Shown: positions 41,714 to 51,396 of the stretch, one piece after another
Layout: each line of letters opens with the position of its first letter
How positions within the stretch are numbered: position 1 is the stretch's first letter
DNA from: Candidatus Eiseniibacteriota bacterium
Lineage (GTDB): Bacteria > Eisenbacteria > RBG-16-71-46 > CAZAMP01
Direction of reading: 5' to 3'
DNA length: 64,000 nucleotides
NCBI GenBank assembly: GCA_965224245.1
Contig: OZ245046.1
Span: 4,512,001 to 4,576,000 of the forward strand
Position numbers and translations under genes: made by a program
Notes under the pieces: generated by a model
Seen by the model: only the letters and a program-made list of their open reading frames with translations
What the model was told of the DNA's origin: nothing
The model's database searches: none

Positions 41714-42607
41714 TCACGCGTCGGGCGCGTCCTTGCGTGCCGGCACACGCACCGCCTCCGCCGCCTCGAAGAGCGACGCCGCGTACGCCGTCTGCGGTCG
41801 GCTCGGCTTGCCACGATGCGTGCTCAGCGTCTCCACGATGCGTCCCTCGTGCATCACGTGAACCCGGCTGGCCAGACGGCTGACCACCGCGATGTCGTGG
41901 CTGATCACCAGCAGCGCGCTCGCTGTGGCCTGGAGCGCCAGGTCCAGCACGGACAGGATCTCCACCTGGAGCGTCACGTCGAGCCCCGCCACCGGCTCGT
42001 CGGCGATCAGGAGATCGGGTGGATGGGCCAGCGCACGGGCCAGCGCGACGCGCCGGATCTCACCGCCCGACAGCTCGTGCGGATACGCATCGAGCCAGCG
42101 CACGTCGCCGTTCACCCACGAGAGCACCTCCCGCACGCGGCCCTCTCGCGCGGTCCGACCCATCGTGTCGTACACCACGAGCGGCTCGGCGATCAGCTCG
42201 CGCACGCGGAACAGCGGGTTCAGGTGCGAGCGAGCGTCCTGGAACACGAAGCGGCACACCTTCCGGAACTCCCGGCGCTCGTCGCGCGACTGGAGCTCGA
42301 GCGCGCGGTCGCGAAAGAACACCCGGCCGCTGGTCGGCCTCGTCAGCCCCAGAAGAAGACGTGCGAGCGTGGACTTGCCCGAGCCGCTCTCGCCCACCAG
42401 CGCCACGCGATCGACGCGGTCGATCGAGATCGACACATCGTCGACCGCCGGTCGCCTCCGGCGGGTGGCGCCGTTCCCGTCCGCGTCCGCGCCGTCGATC
42501 CCCTCCCCGGCGGCGACGCGCCCGCCGCGGGGGCCGGCACGCGCCCGGTCACGGCCGAAGCGGCGCGTCAGGCTCACGCCGCGGACGAGCTCTCGGTGCG
42601 TGCTCAC
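41714..42607 (-). CDS. Peptide/nickel ABC transporter ATP-binding protein (OppF/DppF-like)
   Basis: GESGSGKST, VFQD, YPHELSGGE, IADEP, ISHD. GTGA overlap with the upstream ATPase gene. Confidence 0.9.
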   Translation of the reverse strand: MSTHRELVRGVSLTRRFGRDRARAGPRGGRVAAGEGIDGADADGNGATRRRRPAVDDVSISIDRVDRVALVGESGSGKSTLARLLLGLTRPTSGRVFFRDRALELQSRDERREFRKVCRFVFQDARSHLNPLFRVRELIAEPLVVYDTMGRTAREGRVREVLSWVNGDVRWLDAYPHELSGGEIRRVALARALAHPPDLLIADEPVAGLDVTLQVEILSVLDLALQATASALLVISHDIAVVSRLASRVHVMHEGRIVETLSTHRGKPSRPQTAYAASLFEAAEAVRVPARKDAPDA

Positions 42608-43533
42608 GGGTCGGTCCCCGGCGTGATCTCCGGCGCGGTCCCCGGGGACGCCCATGGGGCGTGAATCGCCCGTGCAGCGTCGAGGAGCGCCACCGTATCG
42701 GCGGGGAAGTCCGCGCCCGCGCGTACGAAGTCGATCGGGATGCGCTCGTCCACGATCCGGCCGCGCGCCATGACGAGGATCCGCTCGGAGTACCGGAGCG
42801 CGAGCCCGATGTCGTGGGTCACCAGAAGGAGCGCCACGCCTTCCTCGCGCTGAAGCCTCGCCAGGAGATCGAGCACCTCCAGCTGGACCGTCGCGTCCAG
42901 GGCCGAGGTGGGCTCGTCGGCCAGAAGGAGGTCCGGCCTCGGCGCGAGCGCAAGCGCGATGGCCGCCCGCTGACACATGCCGCCGCTCAGCTCGTCTGGG
43001 TAGCGGTGGAGAAGCTCCAGCGCGGGCTCGAGCCCCACGCGCTGGAGCCAGCGCTCGGCCTCGAGCTGTCGCCCCGCCTCGTCCCATCCGGGGTGGTGAC
43101 GCTTCAGCACCGCGTGGAAGTGATCGAGAAGCGTGGCTTGCGGATCCAGCGAGGCCGATGGATCCTGCATCACGAGACCGACCCGCCGTCCGCGCACGCG
43201 CTCCCACTCCTCACGTGTCGCCCGGCGAAGCGCCACGTTCTCGTGCGACGAGAGCTCGTAGAGACGGATCCGGCCGATCCGCACCGAACCCGCCGTGATG
43301 CCCGGCGTACCGGAGACCAGACCCAGGATCGCCGACAGCGTGACGCTCTTTCCCGAGCCCGATCGCCCCACGAGGGCGACGGGCTCGCCGCTCTTCACGT
43401 GAAACGTGGCCCCGCGCACCGCCGCCATCGTGGTGCCGTTCGCCTCGAAGCTCACGTGCAGGTCACGCACGTCGAGGAGACGGTCACCCACGCCGGCGAC
43501 GGCGCGTGCGGCGCCGGTGGTGCGGATCGTCAT
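42604..43533 (-). CDS. Peptide/nickel ABC transporter ATP-binding protein (OppD/DppD-like)
   Basis: LLDVRDLHVSF, GRSGSGKSVT, MQDP, YPDELSGGMCQR, LADEPTSALD, VTHD. GAGGAG RBS. Confidence 0.9.
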   Translation of the reverse strand: MTIRTTGAARAVAGVGDRLLDVRDLHVSFEANGTTMAAVRGATFHVKSGEPVALVGRSGSGKSVTLSAILGLVSGTPGITAGSVRIGRIRLYELSSHENVALRRATREEWERVRGRRVGLVMQDPSASLDPQATLLDHFHAVLKRHHPGWDEAGRQLEAERWLQRVGLEPALELLHRYPDELSGGMCQRAAIALALAPRPDLLLADEPTSALDATVQLEVLDLLARLQREEGVALLLVTHDIGLALRYSERILVMARGRIVDERIPIDFVRAGADFPADTVALLDAARAIHAPWASPGTAPEITPGTDP

Positions 43534-43546
43534 GGCGCGTCTCTCC

Positions 43547-44602
43547 TCACAAGCTGTGGGGGTTCTGGGCCTGGAATCGCTCCTCGAGCGCGGACCCGAG
43601 GGCCGTGAAGCCCCAGATCGACACGATGATCCCGATCGCGGGCACCACGAACAGCCAGTCCATCCCGAGCCCCAGGTTCTTGGTGGCGCCCGCGAGCATG
43701 TGGCCGTAGCTGATGCCACCGGACCGCGCGGGGTGGTTCAGGTATCCGAGACACGCCTCGAACAGCACGAACTCGGTCACCAGCGTCGGGATCTGCACGA
43801 CGATCAACGCCCGGAGGTGCGTTCCCAGGAGATGCCGTCCGATGATGCGCCGGCGACTCAGTCCGAGCTCCTCCCACGCCTCGCCGGCCGCGGTGCTGCG
43901 CACGGAGTCGATGCGGTTGCCCACGAGAAGTGCGCGTGCCACGCCGCTCACGATCGCGAGCGCCACCACGAGCGCCAGCATCGAGAACTCGGCCAGCGAC
44001 AGGATCGCGAACACCACGACCAGCTGCGGGAGCGCGTGATTGGCCTCGACCACGAGGCGTGCCGCCCGCCGGGCGGCGCCTCCGAGGAACCGGCCGAGAA
44101 CGAACCCCACGCCGAGCATCAGCGCCAGCACGAGCGCCACGTACAGAAGAAGGTACGGTAGATAGAACGCCGGCGCGGCCAGCGCGAGCGACAGGAGCCC
44201 GCGGCCGGTCTCGTCGCCTCCCATTCCGAGCGACCACGCACTGCCGGCCCCCGGTGAGTGCAGAGACGCTCCCTCGCCGTTCCCTGGGCCCCCCGGGCTC
44301 GCGGTCCGATCGTCGCGATCCCGGTCGGTGCCCGGTGGTGCATCGAACAGCGCGTCCCACTCGTCGTCGGATGCGTCGATCTCGCTCGTCGAGGTCTCCT
44401 TGAGAGACTCGTGGCGATGGTCGGTGATCGCCCGAAACCACGACCACGACGGCGGGGCGTACACGTGATCCAGATCCGGCGCCGTCAGGGCCCGGCGGTG
44501 ATCCGACGCGTTCACGAACGCGAACGCGACCACGTACCACAGCACCACGAGCGCACCGAACCCCAGTCGTCCCGAGCCGCGATGCGAGCGCCGGGCGCTC
44601 AT
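43547..44602 (-). CDS. ABC permease, OppC/DppC-like (divergent)
   Basis: LGMGGDETGRGLL, EAA-like EAWEELGLSRRRIIGRHLL, EACLGYL, SYGHML, LGSALEERF. Confidence 0.82.
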   Translation of the reverse strand: MSARRSHRGSGRLGFGALVVLWYVVAFAFVNASDHRRALTAPDLDHVYAPPSWSWFRAITDHRHESLKETSTSEIDASDDEWDALFDAPPGTDRDRDDRTASPGGPGNGEGASLHSPGAGSAWSLGMGGDETGRGLLSLALAAPAFYLPYLLLYVALVLALMLGVGFVLGRFLGGAARRAARLVVEANHALPQLVVVFAILSLAEFSMLALVVALAIVSGVARALLVGNRIDSVRSTAAGEAWEELGLSRRRIIGRHLLGTHLRALIVVQIPTLVTEFVLFEACLGYLNHPARSGGISYGHMLAGATKNLGLGMDWLFVVPAIGIIVSIWGFTALGSALEERFQAQNPHSL

Positions 44603-45525
44603 CGCTCGAGCCCCAGTCTCGGGTTGAACCGGAACACGAGGAAGCGCTCGAGACCCATCAGGACACGCACGGCCAGCACGGTGAGAAACGTCGTCGCCAT
44701 GATCACGGGAACGTCTCGGCGACCTTCGAAGTCGAACGCCCGGAGGCCCTCGTAGCCGAGCCCGTGGATGTTGAAGGCCCACTCGAGGATGAACACCGCG
44801 GTCACGAGCCTCGGGAGCTGACCGCCGATCGATCCGGCGAAGATGGCGGACGTGTTGCGGATCAGCGCTCGCGTGGGCCGCACGCCGCGCGCCAGGTGTC
44901 CGAGTACATACGACTCGCTCGCCTCCCGCTTCAGCGCGCCGCTGAGCGTGGAGAGCGACTCGGCGAAGAGCCCGTTGGACATCGTGAGCAGGAACGCGAG
45001 CGTGGCGATCAACGCCAGCCACACGGGCGCGGTGAGCCCCGCGTCGACGCGCTGGAACGCGCCTTCCGGCCCCGCGCGCAGGCGAAACGCCAGGAGATAC
45101 ACCGGCACCAGCGAGATCGACGCGACCGCCGAGGTCACCCATCGACCCGCGGCTCCCCCGAACGCCCGCCACCAGCTGGCCCCGAGCGTGGCGCCGGCGG
45201 TGGACGCGAGCCCCAGAAGCAAGAGGCCCACGGTCTTCGGCGCGGCGTCGCGCACCATGTCGGTGACCGACCGATGACTGTACGGCGACTCGCCGAAGTC
45301 GAAGCGGCAGGCATCCCACAGCCACGCCACGTACGTCGTCACCACGTGGCCGCGTCCGCCGTGGTCGGACGGTCGCCCGCCCCAGGTGACCGACGTCAGC
45401 AGCAGGTGCATCACGCACGTGGACAGGACGAGCACGACGAGAGTCTCGAGGAGCTGACCGGACACGAACGAGGTGATTTCCGCGCGGGCGCGGCGCCGGC
45501 GCCCATCCAGAGCGCGAGCGGTCAT
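44599..45525 (-). CDS. ABC permease, OppB/DppB-like (divergent)
   Basis: FDFGES, PKTVGL, YVLGHLARG, ILEWAFNIHGLG, RDVPVIMA, FNPRL. Confidence 0.85.
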   Translation of the reverse strand: MTARALDGRRRRARAEITSFVSGQLLETLVVLVLSTCVMHLLLTSVTWGGRPSDHGGRGHVVTTYVAWLWDACRFDFGESPYSHRSVTDMVRDAAPKTVGLLLLGLASTAGATLGASWWRAFGGAAGRWVTSAVASISLVPVYLLAFRLRAGPEGAFQRVDAGLTAPVWLALIATLAFLLTMSNGLFAESLSTLSGALKREASESYVLGHLARGVRPTRALIRNTSAIFAGSIGGQLPRLVTAVFILEWAFNIHGLGYEGLRAFDFEGRRDVPVIMATTFLTVLAVRVLMGLERFLVFRFNPRLGLER

Positions 45526-47207
45526 TCCTCGTCCACGTAGGCTTCGTCGATGTAGTCGAAGAAGTTGTACGCCGACACCCGGAGCGACTTGATGCGACTC
45601 AGATGCACGGCCATGTGGTCCAGGCTGAACAGGAACGTGGCCGCCGACTCGTCGTGCAGGCGCTCCTGAGCCGATCTCAGAAACTGGCTGTAGGCCATGA
45701 CGTCGTCCGTCTTTCGCGCGCGCTCGATGATCCGGTCGTACTCGTCGTCGCGATAGTGCATGAAGTTGTCGTCGTGCTCGCTCTCGAACGCACGGAACAC
45801 CGAGATCCCGTCGATGAACTCCCAGCGGCCCCAGAGCAGATCGAACGCGCCCGCGGCCCGGAGCTCCTCGAACCGGTTGTCGTCCACGAGCCGGGTCTCG
45901 ACCTCGATCCCGATGGCGCGCATGGCGGCGCGGTAGAACTCGATGGCCGGCTCGTACTCGATGAACAGGCTCTGGGCCACGAGCAGCTCGAGCCGGAGAT
46001 CGGCGCCCCCCCACTCGCGCAGTCCGTCGCCGTCGGAGTCGGTGATCCCGGCCACGTCCAGGAGCTCGTTCGCCTTCGCGGTGGAGTACGGGCGTGGGAT
46101 CACGTCCCGGTTGAAGTAGCGGCTGGACGTTCCGAGCGGACCGGCCAGGACCTCACCCCGCCCGCTGAACGTGCTCCTGAGGATGCGGTCGCGGTCGTAG
46201 GCGTAGATCATGGCCTGGCGGACGCGCCGATCGTCGAACACGTCGCGCTCGAAGTTGAACGCCACGAAGACACACGACAGGAACCCGTATACCTTCGTCT
46301 TGAAGTTCCGGTCGTTGAGATAGCGCAGCGTGTAGCGAACCGGGACGTCGATCAGGAGATCCACGGCCCGGGTCTCCAGGAGGCTCGGCCAGCTCGAGCG
46401 ATCGCCCACCACGTGCATGCGGAGGCGCTCGATGTAGGGCTCGCAATTGCCGCCGCGGTAGTCGGGGTTGGCGGCGAAGATGGGATCCAGCCCGGTGAAG
46501 CTGTCCAGGACGTACGGACCCGACGCGCTGCTCGTGCCCTGCTCTCCGGTGCAGAGCGGGGCCGATGCGTCGAAGCCGTACTCGTTCAGCAGCGACGCCG
46601 GCAGGATCGGATAGCGATAGAAGGCCGACATGCTCACGTCGCCGGCCTCGCGGAACCGGAACCTGACGCCGTCGTCGTCCAGCAGCTCGATGCGGGCGAT
46701 ACCGTAGGCGAACTCGCGATAGGCCTGACGCACGCACGAGCGCGGGGAGCGCAGTCCCCAGAACGTGGCCATCACGTCGGCGTTCGTGATCGCTTCGCCC
46801 GACGCCCAGCGGTAGTTGGGCGCCAGCCGGAACGTGATCGATCGCGCGCTCCGGTCGATCTCCCAGCTCGTGGCCAGAGACGCCATCGGCTCACGCGTGT
46901 CCGGCTCCGGCTTCACGAGCGTGACGTACAGGAGACTCGCCAGGTGCTCGTCCGACAGCGTATTCGAGCAGTAGTAGCACCGCGACTCGACCGGATCGCG
47001 CTCCACGAAGACGATGCTCGCGTCCGGATCGTATCGCTCCGGATCCCGCTCGCAGTCGCCCTGCGCGCCGGCGCTCGCCGGTGCGAGCCCGAGTGCGACG
47101 ACGAGCGCGAGCGCGCGACCGATCCCGGACGAGCGACGGATGATACGCCCTCCGCTTCCTTGGCGGTGAGCGGCCCCGAGCATCCGATTGTGGTCGAAAG
47201 ATGTCAT
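45522..47207 (-). CDS. ABC substrate-binding protein, family 5 (peptide/nickel)
   Basis: LATSWE..ITFRL..WASG..IT.ADV..TF, SGPY, FDDRRVRQAM..A.DR, AN.LLD.AG..DSDGDGLRE. Start is 47207 (GAGG RBS) or 47222 (ATGA overlap). Confidence 0.88.
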   Translation of the reverse strand: MTSFDHNRMLGAAHRQGSGGRIIRRSSGIGRALALVVALGLAPASAGAQGDCERDPERYDPDASIVFVERDPVESRCYYCSNTLSDEHLASLLYVTLVKPEPDTREPMASLATSWEIDRSARSITFRLAPNYRWASGEAITNADVMATFWGLRSPRSCVRQAYREFAYGIARIELLDDDGVRFRFREAGDVSMSAFYRYPILPASLLNEYGFDASAPLCTGEQGTSSASGPYVLDSFTGLDPIFAANPDYRGGNCEPYIERLRMHVVGDRSSWPSLLETRAVDLLIDVPVRYTLRYLNDRNFKTKVYGFLSCVFVAFNFERDVFDDRRVRQAMIYAYDRDRILRSTFSGRGEVLAGPLGTSSRYFNRDVIPRPYSTAKANELLDVAGITDSDGDGLREWGGADLRLELLVAQSLFIEYEPAIEFYRAAMRAIGIEVETRLVDDNRFEELRAAGAFDLLWGRWEFIDGISVFRAFESEHDDNFMHYRDDEYDRIIERARKTDDVMAYSQFLRSAQERLHDESAATFLFSLDHMAVHLSRIKSLRVSAYNFFDYIDEAYVDEE

Positions 47208-47218
47208 CGCGTGAGTCC

Positions 47219-48718
47219 TCATCGACGAATGCTCGATGGCGAATCGGGAAAACGGTGCACGAACTCGCGCTGCACGACGTCGTACACGAGCCAGAACATG
47301 GGAATGTGTCGCGCGGTGGCGCCGATCGCTCGCAGCACGATCGTCTGGTTGTTCACGTCGCGTTCCATGCGAGAGACGTAGCCGGACAGCCACTCCGGCG
47401 GGTTGACACGCAGGTTTCCGTGATGGCCCGGATCGTAGGACGCGTCGATGTAGCGACCGGCCCGCTCGGGCTCGCCGGCCCGCAGCCAGGCGAACCCGGT
47501 GGCCCAGCGTGCCCAGCGAAGCGCCAGTAGATCCGACCGTTCGGCGTCGTCGGCGAGGGCTCCCTCCCATCGCGAGACACTCGGCTCGATCAGCTCGGCG
47601 ACGTCACGCCACGGCACGTCGGGCTCGTGGCTCAGCGCGCGGACACAGTCACCGGCCGGTCCCGGATGATCGCTCATGGCGGCGCGGCGTACCACCTGCA
47701 TGACGTCCTCGCCGCGTGCCCGCGCGCGGGCGAGCGCCGCGAGCGATCCCTCGTCGGTCACGGCGGTCGCATCGCCGGGCGTGAGATCGGCGGACCTGGC
47801 TCCGAACGCCACCGCGGCCTCGTCGTAGGCGGCGCGCTGCCAGGCGATCTCGCCGCGGATCTCCTCGTAGAACGCCGACCCGGCTCCCCCCGGGGGGGCG
47901 TCGGGCAGCGTGCGCTCGGCCTCGCGCGCGGCGAGATGCGCGTACGCGAGGAGCACGAACACGTCGACGAGCGGGATGTCGCGCGCGGCCGCCCGTCCCG
48001 CGAAGGCGATCGGGGACTGGAGAAACGCGATCGGAAACGCGTCCTCTGAGCCGAGGCGTCGCTCGCTCTGGGCCCAGCGATGGAGCGCGGCGATCCGGGC
48101 GTGGCGCGGATCGCCGACCGTGAAGGCGTCGGCCGATACCTCGGGGACGTCGTCCACGTGACCGTACGCGAGGCGGGCGAGCGCGGCCTCCACGGGCGCG
48201 GTCGAGTCCAGAGCCGCGATCGCGGCATCTCGCGACGCCGGATCCGGTAGCGCCTCGGCGACGGATCGCCAGGCCGACGCGACCGTGCCCAGTCTCACGT
48301 CCGCCTCGAGAGCCGCCAGCCGTGAGGCCGCGTCCTGGGCGTCGCCGGCGGCCAGAATCGCCAGCGACGTGTAGAGGTCCACGTCCTTGCGAGCCTCGGG
48401 ATCGAGACGCCCGATCGTGAGCGGGTAGTACGAGCGCAGGGAACGCTCGAGCAGCGAAGCGACCGTCAGCCCGGCGCGCGACTCCTCCAGCCAGGCCGCC
48501 GCCATCAGGGTCAGGATCGCCGCTTCGGGGCCGACGCCTTCCGACAAGAGCTCCTCGCCCTCGGCCAGCGCCAGACGATGGCTGCCCTCGCGGAAGTGCT
48601 CGCGGAACTCCGCGAGGGTGACCTCGGCGTCCGCCGCTCCCACGATCGATGCGCACAGTGTCAATACGACCCCCAGCGTCGTGCGCCGACGCGATCGGTC
48701 CGTCCAGACGGAGATCAA
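47219..48718 (-). CDS. Hypothetical exported alpha-helical (TPR-like) protein
   Basis: Signal-like RSRRRTTLGVVLTLCASIVGAADA, Ala/Leu-rich helical pattern. Start uncertain (TTG at 48718 overlapping the upstream stop, or GTG at 48739). Confidence 0.65.
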   Translation of the reverse strand: MISVWTDRSRRRTTLGVVLTLCASIVGAADAEVTLAEFREHFREGSHRLALAEGEELLSEGVGPEAAILTLMAAAWLEESRAGLTVASLLERSLRSYYPLTIGRLDPEARKDVDLYTSLAILAAGDAQDAASRLAALEADVRLGTVASAWRSVAEALPDPASRDAAIAALDSTAPVEAALARLAYGHVDDVPEVSADAFTVGDPRHARIAALHRWAQSERRLGSEDAFPIAFLQSPIAFAGRAAARDIPLVDVFVLLAYAHLAAREAERTLPDAPPGGAGSAFYEEIRGEIAWQRAAYDEAAVAFGARSADLTPGDATAVTDEGSLAALARARARGEDVMQVVRRAAMSDHPGPAGDCVRALSHEPDVPWRDVAELIEPSVSRWEGALADDAERSDLLALRWARWATGFAWLRAGEPERAGRYIDASYDPGHHGNLRVNPPEWLSGYVSRMERDVNNQTIVLRAIGATARHIPMFWLVYDVVQREFVHRFPDSPSSIRR

Positions 48719-50163
48719 CAATCGACCCCCGGTGGACACGGCGGATCGGCGATGTCGCCGGCCACCGGCGACTCGCCGTCGCTCGACGAGGATCCCGTGT
48801 CGCTCAACAGCCACAGCGCCGCGGCGGCGGCGCCCCCTGCGGCAATCCACTGCCATCGTTTCCTCGAGACCTCGTCGACGATGGTCTCGCGCGGGAACGA
48901 TCCCCGCGGCGCGCTCAGTGCGTCGGGCACGTCGACGCGGAATAGGCCGTACCGGCTCTCGGTCTGGCCCGCGAAGACGACCGTGCCCGTGCCGCCCCAC
49001 GCGGCGTCGATCGCGTTGGAGACGGTCCCGGACAGGAGGTCGTACTCGAAGTTGGGATCTCCGCTCTCCCACCGTCCGATGTCGGCGACGACGAGGCGCT
49101 TCTCCCCCGTGGCCGACACGCGCACGTAGATGAGCGAGCGGGCATGAGACCCCGCGTCGCCGGGAATCCACATCGGACCGCGCGTCTCCTCGGGAACGAC
49201 GTTCGTCGCGACCTCGCGCCCGACGCCGGTCTCCACGAGACGACCCAGCATCGGCCGCCCACTCCCCTCGTCGTAGACGACCTGGATGACCCCGATGTCG
49301 ACCCGGGCGTCCTCGACGTAGCGCGACGAGTAGAACGCGATGCGATTGCCGTCGGGGGACCAGGTCGGGCGCGACTCCTGAACGGCATCGATGGTCAGTC
49401 GAACCGGAGGATCGTCGCGATTCTCCAGGTCGACCACCGCCAGCCCCATGTTGGCCTCGGTGGTGGCCTCGCGATCGGACCGGCCGAACTGCCCGTAGAC
49501 CACGAACCGCCCCCCCGCGTCGATGCTGGGAAAGAGGTCCCGCCCGGGGTTGTCGGTGAGGCGCGAGACGTTCCGCTCGGGCGCGTACGGCGACCCGTCG
49601 AGGATGGCCTTGCGGAGGGCGCCCACGTCGTCGATCACGTACACGTCGCCCGAGCCGGAGCGCACCGACACGAACACGATGCGATCCCCGTCGGGCGAGA
49701 AGCGGGGTGTCAGATCCGGCTCGGGATCGTCGGTCAGCCGCCACGCGGCGGGGGCGCCCGCGTAGGTCAGGTAGATGTCACGGTTGTTGTAGCGCCCACT
49801 TCCCGAGAAGACGATCCATGCGCGGCCGCTGCGGTCGGCCACAGGCATCCAGTCCGCCTGGCCGTCGAAGACCGTCGGGCTCGCGGTGTCCTCGTCGTCG
49901 CCCACGCTGCTGACCAGCGCGGGCGTCCGCGATGGATCGTCCTCGTCGACGACGTAGAGGCGTTCGAGCCCGCCGATGAGCTGAAAGGCCACGCGCGACG
50001 GATCGTGCGGACACACCAGGGGCGCCGCCAGGCGGCCGGACAGCACGACCGACTCCCCGATCACCTCGTGCGGCGCGTCCGCCAGGGCCGCGGTGACCGC
50101 GACCCCGACCCCGAGCGTGCCGAGCCCGGCGACGATCGACGTCGAGCGCCTTCCCTCACGCAT
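48715..50163 (-). CDS. TolB-like PD40 beta-propeller protein with C-terminal hydrophobic and Pro-rich tail
   Basis: RLTDDPEPDLTPRFSPDGDRIVFVSVRSGSGDVY, PTWSPDGNRIAFYS; N-terminal signal peptide. Confidence 0.82.
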   Translation of the reverse strand: MREGRRSTSIVAGLGTLGVGVAVTAALADAPHEVIGESVVLSGRLAAPLVCPHDPSRVAFQLIGGLERLYVVDEDDPSRTPALVSSVGDDEDTASPTVFDGQADWMPVADRSGRAWIVFSGSGRYNNRDIYLTYAGAPAAWRLTDDPEPDLTPRFSPDGDRIVFVSVRSGSGDVYVIDDVGALRKAILDGSPYAPERNVSRLTDNPGRDLFPSIDAGGRFVVYGQFGRSDREATTEANMGLAVVDLENRDDPPVRLTIDAVQESRPTWSPDGNRIAFYSSRYVEDARVDIGVIQVVYDEGSGRPMLGRLVETGVGREVATNVVPEETRGPMWIPGDAGSHARSLIYVRVSATGEKRLVVADIGRWESGDPNFEYDLLSGTVSNAIDAAWGGTGTVVFAGQTESRYGLFRVDVPDALSAPRGSFPRETIVDEVSRKRWQWIAAGGAAAAALWLLSDTGSSSSDGESPVAGDIADPPCPPGVDC

Positions 50164-50223
50164 CGGTCACTCCCCATTCCACGCGACCCGCCGTCGGACG
50201 GGGCGCCGTCGTCCTCGCCACGG

Positions 50224-51396
50224 TCAGAACACCCGGGGCTCGACGCGATACGTCGTGTATCGCGTTCCGCGTTGTCCGCACACGACGCCTCGGCCGCGCT
50301 CGGGCACCGAGACGCCGGTGATCACCTCGAGCTCGGCGAGGGACGTCCCCACGCGGCCGTCCTCGCGGCGTCCGGCCGCCGGCTTGAACACCGTGATCTG
50401 ACGCCGGCCCTGGCCGGCGCGCGTGACCGCCATCACCGCCGGCTCGCCGGACTCCGGCGAGAGCCACTCCGGACCGACGTCCACGTCCGGGATCACGTCG
50501 CGAATCGATTCCGACGGACCGACCCGCCCCACCGCCGGCCGGCCCGGACGGCACGTCGACGGGTCCACGCCGAGGCACCACAGGTCGACCCTGTCCTCGT
50601 CCCGATCCGGCGCGTGATAGAACGCGACCCATCGACCGTCCGCTGAGAGCGTGGCGCGTGTCTCGTCGCCCCCCAGCCGCGTGAGTCGATGCGCGGCGCC
50701 CGGCGCGTCGTCGGTGAAGCACTGCATCCACAGATCGGCTCCGGTCTCGTCGTAGCGCGTGAACACCATGAACGATCCGTCGGGAGACGTGACGGGAAAG
50801 AGATCGTGACCCGGGCCCCGGGTCAGGAGCGTGGGCACGACGTCGGACGCGGTCCCCTCGGGAGGCACCGCGTCGAGATCGACTCGGAAGCAACGCGCGC
50901 CGCCGGGCGTCGTGGCGACGAAGACGACCGAGCGACCGTCGGGCGTCCAGTGCGGCTGCGTGACCATGTCGGCGTCCGGCGCGAGCCGCTGGAGCTCCGT
51001 CGTGTGGAGGCTGCCCACGTAGAGCTTCGCCTGGTCGCGAAACGCCGTGGTGATCAGGACGAAGCGGTGATCCCCATCGGCGGCGGGCGTGGGGCACCAG
51101 GCGAGCTGACCGCTGTAGTACGCGCTCACGCCCACGGCCGCGGCGCCGCCGAAGTGCGGGATCATCTCCACCGCCTCGTCGGACCGTTCGTCGACGAGCC
51201 AGAGGTGATGTCCGATCTCGCTGGTGACCTCGACCGCGTACAGCCGGTCGTCGTGCGGACACACCTTCGGCGCGGTGAACTGTCCGTCGACCTGATCGGC
51301 GAGCAGCGACGACTCCACGTGTCGGGACGCGAACGCGACCTGCGCCGACACGGGAAGAAACGTCAGCGCGAGGCTAATCGCGGCCGCAGCCCACAC
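50224..51396 (-). CDS. TolB-like PD40 beta-propeller protein
   Basis: QPHWTPDGRSVVFV, FPVTSPDGSFMVFT, LSADGRWVAFY. Signal peptide ending VSA. Start uncertain (GTG 51396 or ATG 51477). Confidence 0.78.
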   Translation of the reverse strand: MWAAAAISLALTFLPVSAQVAFASRHVESSLLADQVDGQFTAPKVCPHDDRLYAVEVTSEIGHHLWLVDERSDEAVEMIPHFGGAAAVGVSAYYSGQLAWCPTPAADGDHRFVLITTAFRDQAKLYVGSLHTTELQRLAPDADMVTQPHWTPDGRSVVFVATTPGGARCFRVDLDAVPPEGTASDVVPTLLTRGPGHDLFPVTSPDGSFMVFTRYDETGADLWMQCFTDDAPGAAHRLTRLGGDETRATLSADGRWVAFYHAPDRDEDRVDLWCLGVDPSTCRPGRPAVGRVGPSESIRDVIPDVDVGPEWLSPESGEPAVMAVTRAGQGRRQITVFKPAAGRREDGRVGTSLAELEVITGVSVPERGRGVVCGQRGTRYTTYRVEPRVF

